Below, piece by piece: positions 8,990-16,291 of a DNA stretch of 43,763 bases. The notes under the pieces were generated by a model, which worked only from the letters and a program-made list of their open reading frames with translations, was not told where the DNA came from and ran no database searches. The number at the start of each line of letters is the position of its first letter. The stretch's first letter is position 1. Source of the stretch: an uncultured Candidatus Saccharibacteria bacterium (GTDB lineage: Bacteria; Patescibacteriota; Saccharimonadia; Saccharimonadales; JAGQNJ01); the NCBI GenBank assembly GCA_964426755.1, contig CAYRRR010000005.1, forward strand, positions 1 to 43,763, read 5' to 3'. The position numbers and the translations under genes are program-made.

Positions 8990-9334
8990 ATGAGAGTAAA
9001 ACGCGGCGTAACCACCCGTCATAAGCATAATAAGATCCGCAAAGCCACAAAAGGCATGAGTCATGGTAATCGTGTAAGTATTCGTCGTGGCAAACAAGCG
9101 ATCGTACGATCACTGCAAAATGCCACACGAGACCGAAAAAATCGTAAGCGCACCTTCAGACAGCTCTGGAATATCCGCATCAACGCTGCTGCCAGAGAGA
9201 ACGGCACAACCTATAGCAAACTCATACCAGCCCTAAAATCGGCTGGCATCACCCTTGATCGCAAGATATTAGCGGAACTCGCTGTAAATGAGCCTAAAGC
9301 CTTCACCTCAGTGGTAAATGCAACCAAAAAGTAA
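8990..9334 (+). CDS. rplT: 50S ribosomal protein L20
   Basis: MRVKRGV...LWNIRINAAAR...LDRKILAELAV. Confidence 0.97.
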   Translation: MRVKRGVTTRHKHNKIRKATKGMSHGNRVSIRRGKQAIVRSLQNATRDRKNRKRTFRQLWNIRINAAARENGTTYSKLIPALKSAGITLDRKILAELAVNEPKAFTSVVNATKK

Positions 9335-9355
9335 CGTTTAAAGTTAGGTACAGAG

Positions 9356-9386
9356 AAAAACCACCTCTTGCTCGGGGTGGTTTTTC
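9356..9386. terminator. bidirectional intrinsic terminator between rplT and rnpB
   Basis: AAAAACCACC-TCTTGCTCGG-GGTGGTTTTT inverted repeat between convergent genes. Confidence 0.8.
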
Positions 9387-9389
9387 ATG

Positions 9390-9741
9390 TGCCAGCCTAT
9401 CTATAAGCCGGGTTCTGTTATTGCTAGCTATCTATCTAGCCTGTTAGTTGCCTAACAGATCAAGCGGGTTATGTACGCATATCTTAGCGGGAAACTATCG
9501 CCAAAAGGCAAATAGATATGCTACCTTGCAGCAGACAGGGTTTACCTCTCTTCTATGTCGCCATAGAAGACTGTGAGCTCTTACCTCACTCGTTTCACCT
9601 TTACCCCTTGTTAAAGAGGAAGTTTTGTTTCTGTGGCACTTTCCCTGGGGTTACCCCCGGTTGCCGTTAGCAACTGTCCTTCCCTATGCTGCCCGGACTT
9701 TCCTCCTCAAATAATTGAGGCAGCTAGCCGATAACCTGGCA
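9390..9741 (-). ncRNA. rnpB: RNase P RNA, bacterial type A
   Basis: Minus strand has GAGGAAAGTCCGGGC, GAAAGTGCCACAGAAA, GGTAAACCC and ACAGAACCCGGCTTA; ends pair (TGCCAG/CTGGCA); TGG-TATAAT at 9752-9747. Confidence 0.95.
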
Positions 9742-9747
9742 GCAATA

Positions 9748-10554
9748 TTATACCATATTTACATTACTATCTAGAATCCGGTTGACTTCACCATCGGCAA
9801 GTTTGTTAAGCTCGCGGGGTACGTGCGTAAAATCAACGTGCTTGAAATCTTTTACCAGTGACTGGACGATTGCGTATACAGGTTTTAAATCTTTATTTTT
9901 AACCTTATAGGTTCCTTTCATTTGATTTATAACGAGCAAACTATCCATATACACGTGGACTACTTCCGCGCCAAGTTGACGGGCGCGCTCTAGACCAAGT
10001 CGCAACGAGTGATATTCTGCCTGATTGTTAGTTGTGATATTTAAATATTCACCGTTTGTTTCTAAAACATTATCCTGCATATCCATGAGTACGTACCCAC
10101 TAGCTGACGGACCAGGATTACCCCTGGAACCTCCGTCTCCATAGAGTTTGATTTCGCGTACTATTGTAGACATATTTACATCATTATTATTTAGTTTTTG
10201 TGGTTTTTGGAGTGGCCTGAAATCAAATTCGATGACTTTTACCGGCGTGTTAACATCAATTGGATCGCCATAGAAAATTGCCATTTGCTCATATAATTCT
10301 GCAGTCGATCCAAATTGTTCAAACGCTACGCCATCATCTAGACTTAAATCACCGAACCGCTGCTCTGTAACCTTATTGACACGCGCGTTGCCTACTACCT
10401 GCCATGATGTTGGGTCACTTTCTTTTACCTTATCGATGATAGCCACATTATCATTTACTGAAATATTTTTATCATCATGAACGCGTAAGGTTGCCGTTTG
10501 AACACCTTTTTGTACGTTTTCAGCTTCAATATGGTTAAACTTTAGGGTTTTCAT
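9748..10554 (-). CDS. ASCH-like domain fused to ribonuclease HI
   Basis: N-terminal 'GVQTATLR' ASCH/PUA-like motif. C-terminal RNase H with YGDGGSRGNPG, NNQAEY, VYMDS and N.LAD acidic residues intact. Confidence 0.85.
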   Translation of the reverse strand: MKTLKFNHIEAENVQKGVQTATLRVHDDKNISVNDNVAIIDKVKESDPTSWQVVGNARVNKVTEQRFGDLSLDDGVAFEQFGSTAELYEQMAIFYGDPIDVNTPVKVIEFDFRPLQKPQKLNNNDVNMSTIVREIKLYGDGGSRGNPGPSASGYVLMDMQDNVLETNGEYLNITTNNQAEYHSLRLGLERARQLGAEVVHVYMDSLLVINQMKGTYKVKNKDLKPVYAIVQSLVKDFKHVDFTHVPRELNKLADGEVNRILDSNVNMV

Positions 10555-10584
10555 TCTTATCTATTCTACCCTAGAATAGACTGC

Positions 10585-11613
10585 GTGCATATTAATGACT
10601 TTGATTACAAGTTGCCACAGAGCAAGATAGCTGTCCATCCGCCTGCTCAACGCGGTAAAAGTAAGCTTCTGATACTTAATAGAGATACCGGTAGTATAAG
10701 TCACAAAACATATACTAAAATGTGCGAATTTGTTCGTCCGGGAGATGTGGTAGTTCTTAATGACACTAGGGTGATAAAAGCTCGTCTGCTTGCAACTTCA
10801 GAAGATGGCAAAAAACGAGAATTCCTGCTACTAGAACGACATTCTCAAAATCTTAACACACACCGCTGGAAAGTACTCTACAAGGGCAAGGTTAAGGCGG
10901 GCCAGCTATATAAGGTTAATAAGGCGATTATTGCGGTAGATGCTGTTGAAGCTCATGGAATTGCTGAAATCTCGTCTGATGATGATTTATTAGCGCTCAG
11001 CGAGCAGGCCGGACATGTACCCTTGCCTCCGTACATACACAGAGAAGATACAGCTGAAGATACCTTACGCTACCAAACAGAGTTCGCTCGAGAGGTTGGC
11101 TCTGTCGCAGCGCCCACGGCGTCTTTAAATTTGACTCAAGAGCTCATCAATCAAATTAAAGCTAAGGGGGCGAACATTGCTTATCTTACCCTCCATGTAG
11201 GCATCGGAACCTTTTTGCCCATTCGCGTTAATATCATAGAGAATCATAAAATGCATAGTGAATACTTTGAGATACCTTCACGTACAACTGAGATGATACA
11301 AAAAGCTAAGGCAAGTGGTAATCGTGTTATCGCAGTCGGTACTACCGTTACCCGCACCCTTGAGCACTGTGCACCGCAAATTTTATCACAAAAACCTTCT
11401 GCCCTATCAGGAGAAGCCGATATTTTTATCTACCCTGGATACAAATTCAAAGTAATCGATGCTCTCGTCACTAACTTCCACGCTCCTAAAACGACCGTTT
11501 TAATGCTAGCAGCTGCGTTTGCGGGCTGGAACAACCTCAGGCCTGCCTATGAAGAAGCACTGGCACGTGACTATACATTTCTCTCATACGGCGATTCAAT
11601 GCTTATACACTAA
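10585..11613 (+). CDS. queA: S-adenosylmethionine:tRNA ribosyltransferase-isomerase
   Basis: 'DFDYKLP', 'VLNDTRVIKARL', 'PLPPYI', 'GSVAAPTA', 'LTLHVGIGTF', 'TNFHAPKTT', 'FLSYGDSM'. Confidence 0.95.
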   Translation: MHINDFDYKLPQSKIAVHPPAQRGKSKLLILNRDTGSISHKTYTKMCEFVRPGDVVVLNDTRVIKARLLATSEDGKKREFLLLERHSQNLNTHRWKVLYKGKVKAGQLYKVNKAIIAVDAVEAHGIAEISSDDDLLALSEQAGHVPLPPYIHREDTAEDTLRYQTEFAREVGSVAAPTASLNLTQELINQIKAKGANIAYLTLHVGIGTFLPIRVNIIENHKMHSEYFEIPSRTTEMIQKAKASGNRVIAVGTTVTRTLEHCAPQILSQKPSALSGEADIFIYPGYKFKVIDALVTNFHAPKTTVLMLAAAFAGWNNLRPAYEEALARDYTFLSYGDSMLIH

Positions 11614-12212
11614 TTATCGAATAAATCTTCTTTTCGGCTATCAATGTAATCAAGTAATTCTTTATACCACCGTGCAACCACTGGATGTGCAGACACCTTC
11701 TCGAGCATTTCTACTGCTTTCTCACGATGCATCTCATAGCTAATATTATTCTTTCTCCAGAAATATCCATCTGCTTCAACAATCATTATCACTGCTAATA
11801 ATTTATCAAGCGCATACACGAAACGAGACTCTTCATCTTCCTGAGCCTCATAAAGTAATATTGCTCTCTGTAGGCCAGGAGTTGCAATAAACTCAATACC
11901 GATCTTTTCAATTGCAGCCTCTTCTCGTTCTGCTTTTGTCTCACGCCCCACCCTATCCTAAACAGAGGTGTCGCCGGCATACAGTTCAGGTAAATCATGG
12001 ACAGTTGCATAATAAGTAATCTTGCCCGGATCCAATCCCAATTTCTCACCGAGTGCCATACCAACGAGCGTCAAGGAATAAGAGTGCTCTGCATCATTTT
12101 CGGCACGGCCCTCTGAATATGGCCACGGAATTGCGCGCTCGATTTCTGCAAATGGAACATAGGCACTATGAACCAAATGAGTAACATCTTCTAATAATAG
12201 TTTTTCTTGCAT
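11610..12212 (-). pseudogene. HD-domain (YfbR-like 5'-deoxynucleotidase family) gene interrupted by an in-frame TAG at 11958-11960
   Basis: ATG at 12212 gives ...ENDAEHSY...TVHDLPELYAGDTSV*DRVGRETKAERE...DKL. The two track ORFs are one frame separated by a single TAG. Confidence 0.8.
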
Positions 12213-12223
12213 TGACTTCCTTT

Positions 12224-12300
12224 TGGTCGGGGTGACAGGACTTGAACCTGCGACCTCACGGCCCCCAGCCGTACGCGCTAGCCAACTGCGCCACACCCCG
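12224..12300 (-). tRNA. tRNA-Pro(GGG)
   Basis: 77-nt cloverleaf CGGGGTG...CACCCCG-ACCA; anticodon loop CTGGGGG; T-loop TTCAAGT. Confidence 0.95.
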
Positions 12301-12350
12301 ATAAGGTAAGTTTACTACAGATTATCAAATGTACGAGCCGCTCGGTCCTC

Positions 12351-12504
12351 ACGGTCACCTTCGGCGACCCCGTCGCAACTTCTTTCAAAACAAGTTTTGA
12401 AGAGTTGACTCCCTTGCGGATTGCCACCGGCAATCCTCACCCCAGCCGTACCCGTATGTCCAACTGCGCCACACCCCGTCGTCAGAATCGACGGTCGCCT
12501 TCGG
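12351..12504 (-). repeat. degenerate 5'-half copy of tRNA-Pro within a hairpin-rich element bounded by 14-nt direct repeats
   Basis: 12460-12478 and 12440-12451 are exact copies of tRNA-Pro segments. ACGGTCACCTTCGG (12351) and ACGGTCGCCTTCGG (12491) lie 140 bp apart. Confidence 0.75.
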
Positions 12505-12589
12505 AAAACTACATTTTCATCTACGTTATAGTCGCTTCTTCCTCTCAAATTTGCAAATCCTCTCGCAAATTTGTATTAGACCGTAATCT

Positions 12590-12722
12590 AAAAACCGGGC
12601 CATCACCCTTGATTAATCTGATAAATCTAAGTGGGTTCTCTCAAGCAGTTACCACGGTAGCTACTGTATATAAGATCCCTATCAGAAGCTGTTAGATAAT
12701 CATTGATGGGCGATGACCCAGC
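12590..12722 (-). ncRNA. rod-shaped small RNA, 6S-like candidate
   Basis: TATAAT at 12734-12729. The first 15 nt GCTGGGTCATCGCCC pair with GGGTGATGGCCCGGT, followed by a U-tract. Further internal helices are present. Confidence 0.6.
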
Positions 12723-12750
12723 ACTTACATTATACGCCCTGACCGGGTGA

Positions 12751-13377
12751 CTAGCCTAGCAAAATCTCAAAGAAAAAGGCATTCACAAAACTTACTATGG
12801 GAATTAATACAGGGAATAGAATGAACATGAAGAGAAAAATTCCAGCTAGCCCAAAAGCTTCGATTTGCTCCATTACTCTTCTAAGCGGTTCAGGCGCTAC
12901 CGCATAGAGCACACGAGAACCGTCCAGTGGCGGAAACGGAATCATATTAAACACAAACACCGCAACATTAATTTGTAAAAAGAGTGCTACGGCTTCATAT
13001 AAGTCTGTACCAATTGCAATTGAAAAGATCCTGATCAGTGCAGCTGCTACAAAAGCAAGCAATAAATTGCTTAACGGACCAGCAAGACCCACCATTGCCG
13101 CACCAAACTCCCCGCCGCGTACGCGGTAGGGATTGAACGGTACCGGTTTTGCAATCAAGAACGGGGGCAGGCCTAACAGTAAAAGCACTAAAGGAAGCAA
13201 AATCGTTGTAAAAGGATCAATGTGTTGAAGGGGATTGAGCGTTAACCTTCCGAGGTCTTTAGCAGTAGTATCACCCAGCCAATGCGCTGCAAACGCATGC
13301 ATTGCCTCATGAAAGCTCAGTGAAATTATTATACTAACCAATATTATCGCAATTGCGTTTATGCTAAATCCGTCCAT
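12751..13377 (-). CDS. site-2 protease family (M50) Zn metalloprotease
   Basis: HEAMH and NMIPFPPLDG motifs. Start moved to ATG 13377 (MDGFS), which follows TGT-TATACT. Confidence 0.9.
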   Translation of the reverse strand: MDGFSINAIAIILVSIIISLSFHEAMHAFAAHWLGDTTAKDLGRLTLNPLQHIDPFTTILLPLVLLLLGLPPFLIAKPVPFNPYRVRGGEFGAAMVGLAGPLSNLLLAFVAAALIRIFSIAIGTDLYEAVALFLQINVAVFVFNMIPFPPLDGSRVLYAVAPEPLRRVMEQIEAFGLAGIFLFMFILFPVLIPIVSFVNAFFFEILLG

Positions 13378-13417
13378 GGCTTTTAAAGTATAACAAGTAA
13401 GTCTCTTGCTCAAAATA

Positions 13418-13446
13418 TTGACATATAAGAGGTAAACCAGTACAAT
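13418..13446 (+). promoter_or_regulatory. rpmB promoter TTGACA-N17-TACAAT
   Basis: Near-perfect sigma70 consensus upstream of rpmB. Confidence 0.8.
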
Positions 13447-13457
13447 TAACACTTGTC

Positions 13458-13676
13458 ATGCAAAAATGCGAATTAACCGGTAAAGGCAAACAGTTCGGCC
13501 ACAACGTGAGCTTTTCTCAAAGACACACTAAAAAGGTGTGGAAGCCTAATTTACAGACTAAAACATTAGTTATCGATGGTAAAAAGGTGCGTATGAAGGT
13601 TAGTACCCAAGCAATTCGTACACTCAAAAAGAAAGGGCTTTTAGAGCCCGCACCGGCTTCATCAACTGAAAAATAA
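13458..13676 (+). CDS. rpmB: 50S ribosomal protein L28
   Basis: KCELTGK..FGHNVSFSQRHTKKVWKPNLQ. Confidence 0.95.
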   Translation: MQKCELTGKGKQFGHNVSFSQRHTKKVWKPNLQTKTLVIDGKKVRMKVSTQAIRTLKKKGLLEPAPASSTEK

Positions 13677-13698
13677 AAAGCCCCGAGGGGCTTTTTTT
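13676..13698. terminator. intrinsic terminator after rpmB
   Basis: AAAAGCCC-CGAG-GGGCTTTTTTT. Confidence 0.85.
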
Positions 13699-13741
13699 GT
13701 TTTAGTCACACCGCGGACGCAATAAATCGTTCACAAAATTA

Positions 13742-14368
13742 TTATTGTTTCTCGAGCACTGTTAGCGAAGTTATCTCTGGTAAATCGCTCCTTTTTACTT
13801 TAAGCTTAGGTACCGTTTCTTTCGCCTCCATACCTAGTTGGCTGATCGCTTCAGATAACTCTAACTGTGGTACAGGATAATTCATGCCTTTAACGGCATA
13901 ATTTGTGGGGATGATAAGCTTTGGTTCAACTGTTTTTATCACTTTTAGGGCGCCTACGGGGTCAAGAGTATAGCCATTTCCACCTACCGGAACCAGCATA
14001 ATATCAATAAGGCCGATCTCCTCAAGCTGCTCGTCGGTCAGCTCAGGATAAATATGCCCGACGATCAGCACCGTAATATCTTCAGCCGTAACCTTATATA
14101 TAGTTGCGGATTTTTTGCCTTCTTCATCAACATGAGAACGAGCAGCTACACCCTTGATCGACATGTATGAAACTTCGTACTCACCAGGCTGATCAATAAC
14201 GATCTTTGGCTCTGACGCAGGTAAGCCGTGTGCTGACGTATATAGCGCGATATCACCCGACTTCAGAGGCGACTTGCCTCCAAGTTCCGCCACGTTGTCA
14301 TCAACAACAAGAGCAGCCTGTTTAGTTGCTATCCGTACACAGTTAGCGCCAAAATATTGAAGTTCCAT
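13742..14368 (-). CDS. MBL-fold metallo-hydrolase (degenerate HxHxDH)
   Basis: 'PGEYEV', 'IDIMLVPVGGNGYTLD' and 'PKLIIPTNY' are typical of the short lactamase-B-like family. Confidence 0.75.
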   Translation of the reverse strand: MELQYFGANCVRIATKQAALVVDDNVAELGGKSPLKSGDIALYTSAHGLPASEPKIVIDQPGEYEVSYMSIKGVAARSHVDEEGKKSATIYKVTAEDITVLIVGHIYPELTDEQLEEIGLIDIMLVPVGGNGYTLDPVGALKVIKTVEPKLIIPTNYAVKGMNYPVPQLELSEAISQLGMEAKETVPKLKVKRSDLPEITSLTVLEKQ

Positions 14369-14382
14369 TCTTTCTTTACCTC

Positions 14383-14988
14383 CTAGTTATCAAAACGATG
14401 TTTCTTATCAATCAGGATTTGCTTCTTTGCAGCGGCCAGCTTAACCAAAAACCTATCTTTAACCTGCTCACGATAATCGTACTCTTTATCATCCATTATG
14501 ACAAAGCGGATCTCTTTACCCTCTTTGGCTTCCATTTCGCTGATGTATTTATTCATTTTAGTTTGATTAATATCACCGACCACTAGCATGTCAATCCCGC
14601 TAGACTCATCTCTTGTAAATTGCCCTGTTAGTATAGCTAGCTCTACGTTGCCAACTTTTTTTAATGCCGCAATTTCGTCGGTGTCTTCAGGTGCAGACAC
14701 CTCTTTGCCAACTTGCGTAAGCATCTTTGCTCCGCCTCTGCCAAAGATGGCCGCTAAAGCTTTGTAATAATCATATTGCTGATTTACCTCATAATACAGA
14801 CGATTGTTATTGTTATCTGACGAAATAATACCGATACTTAAGAGGTTTGCGAGCTCTCTGCGTACTGAGTTTATCTGCTCATCAATCTTTCGTGTTATCT
14901 CACGAACATAAAAAGAACGGTTGGGGTTAGAAAAGAACAGCTGTAGCAGCTTTACCCTTGTCTTAGACCCAAACAGTTGTTCAACCAT
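14383..14988 (-). CDS. winged-HTH protein fused to a minimal nucleotidyltransferase-like domain
   Basis: 'FYVREITRKIDEQINSVRRELANL' wHTH; 'LTGQFTRD...GIDMLVVGD' resembles the pol-beta/MNT fold. Confidence 0.7.
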   Translation of the reverse strand: MVEQLFGSKTRVKLLQLFFSNPNRSFYVREITRKIDEQINSVRRELANLLSIGIISSDNNNNRLYYEVNQQYDYYKALAAIFGRGGAKMLTQVGKEVSAPEDTDEIAALKKVGNVELAILTGQFTRDESSGIDMLVVGDINQTKMNKYISEMEAKEGKEIRFVIMDDKEYDYREQVKDRFLVKLAAAKKQILIDKKHRFDN

Positions 14989-15012
14989 ATGAACATTGTA
15001 ACAGAAACGGAC

Positions 15013-15738
15013 TCAACTTTTTCGCAATAATGTTGTTACAAGTTCAACAGCTTCACTCTGTTTTTCAACCCAGTGAATACTTTTATTACGCTTAAACCAG
15101 GTTCGCTGACGCTTGGCCAAATCTTTATCGCCCTTAATAAATCGTTCTTTTGCCTCATGGAGGGTAATACGACCATGGATATACTCTGCAAATGCTCGAT
15201 ACCCGATACCTGTCATCGCAGGCGCATCCCAACCATACTTCTTACCCAATCCCTTTACTTCTTCTATAAAGCCCTCTTCGATCATTTTTTCAATCCGTAG
15301 GGTGATACGTTGCGTAAGGTCGTCTTTTTCTCGTCTCACACCAATCACTAGCGTATCTGAACGCAATTCTTGCATTGTTTTGTTGTCAAAATTATAGCTA
15401 TAAATCACTGAATCAATATACAAACCCGTTCCACCCGCCATTATGGGCAGTTTACCGCGCGAATAAATATCAGTAATTGCCGCTTTAGCATCTTTCTGAA
15501 AGCGTGCTGCGTTGTATTTTTGATCAGGCGTAGTTACATCAAGCAAATGATGCTTAACTCGCGCCCGATCATCCGAGCTTGGTTTTGCAGTACCAATGTC
15601 CATGCCCTTATAGACCGTACGAGAATCAGCGGCAATAATCTCTCCATCGAATCGTTCGGCCAGATACATCGCCAAGTCGCTTTTGCCACTAGCCGTTTCG
15701 CCAACAATCACAACTAGGGGCGCTACTCTGGTTGCCAT
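15013..15738 (-). CDS. miaA: tRNA dimethylallyltransferase (short form)
   Basis: GETASGKS, ADSRTVYKGMDIGTAKP, GGTGLY, GIGYR and LAKRQRTWFK motifs; only 241 aa. Confidence 0.92.
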   Translation of the reverse strand: MATRVAPLVVIVGETASGKSDLAMYLAERFDGEIIAADSRTVYKGMDIGTAKPSSDDRARVKHHLLDVTTPDQKYNAARFQKDAKAAITDIYSRGKLPIMAGGTGLYIDSVIYSYNFDNKTMQELRSDTLVIGVRREKDDLTQRITLRIEKMIEEGFIEEVKGLGKKYGWDAPAMTGIGYRAFAEYIHGRITLHEAKERFIKGDKDLAKRQRTWFKRNKSIHWVEKQSEAVELVTTLLRKS

Positions 15739-16025
15739 AGCAGCCCTACAATATCAACTTGGTAATCTTTAACCTTGATTCCTTCTTGCTCGAGCACTTG
15801 TTGATGACCGGCTTTACCGCCAGGATAACCACTAGCTAAACCGCCGTGTTTATTTACGACACGATGCCATGGCAAATTTGGGTCACCAAAATGAGCTATG
15901 CCACCTACAATCCGTGCCGCCCTTGGATTGCCGCACAAAGCAGCCAGTTGACCATAGGTCATAAGTCTACCCTCTGGTATTTGGGCTACTATGGCCTCAA
16001 CGTTGACCTTAAGGTTTTTTTCCAT
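15723..16025 (-). CDS. alkyltransferase-like (ATL/YbaZ-type) O6-alkylguanine DNA-binding protein
   Basis: IPEGRLMTYGQLA...ARIVG...PWHRVVN. Trp replaces the catalytic Cys. Start taken at ATG 16025. Confidence 0.85.
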   Translation of the reverse strand: MEKNLKVNVEAIVAQIPEGRLMTYGQLAALCGNPRAARIVGGIAHFGDPNLPWHRVVNKHGGLASGYPGGKAGHQQVLEQEGIKVKDYQVDIVGLLWQPE

Positions 16026-16290
16026 TAGCTTTAGATTGTTTTGCCACACCGATAATAAGACAAGCTACCAACAACACAGCCAGTAGAGGCAAGGCAATTG
16101 CAATGACATCGACCGCCAACTCAGCATTGCGTAACTTGGCCTCTGCCCCAGAACCTCCTTCACCCACAGATCCGTAAACAGGCAAAAGTACTGCCGGCAC
16201 TATAGCGACAGGGATTAGAAATAGCAGAATGCCGCAGATTATGGAAATCTTCAGATAAATATTCAGTTTTTTCTTTGGCTTAGCGAGCAT
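16009..16290 (-). CDS. small 2-TM hypothetical protein
   Basis: ATG directly after the thrS stop; two hydrophobic helices. Confidence 0.6.
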   Translation of the reverse strand: MLAKPKKKLNIYLKISIICGILLFLIPVAIVPAVLLPVYGSVGEGGSGAEAKLRNAELAVDVIAIALPLLAVLLVACLIIGVAKQSKANGKKP

Positions 16291-16291
16291 T

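Noticed and set aside
11958-11960. Alternative genetic code (stop-codon reassignment)
   Set aside because: TAA, TAG and TGA all terminate clearly recognisable genes (for example xer ends in TGA and the S2P protease in TAG). Only one internal stop was found.
12213-12296. N-terminal extension of track ORF 11958..12296
   Set aside because: It is a translation of tRNA-Pro; the real start is ATG 12212.
12355-12439. Group I intron in the anticodon loop of a second tRNA-Pro
   Set aside because: The insert is only ~85 nt with no recognisable P7 core, and no T-arm or acceptor 3' exon follows.
12315-12695. Track ORFs 12315..12548 (-) and 12405..12695 (+)
   Set aside because: They overlap tRNA-derived and structured RNA sequence and have no protein-like motifs.
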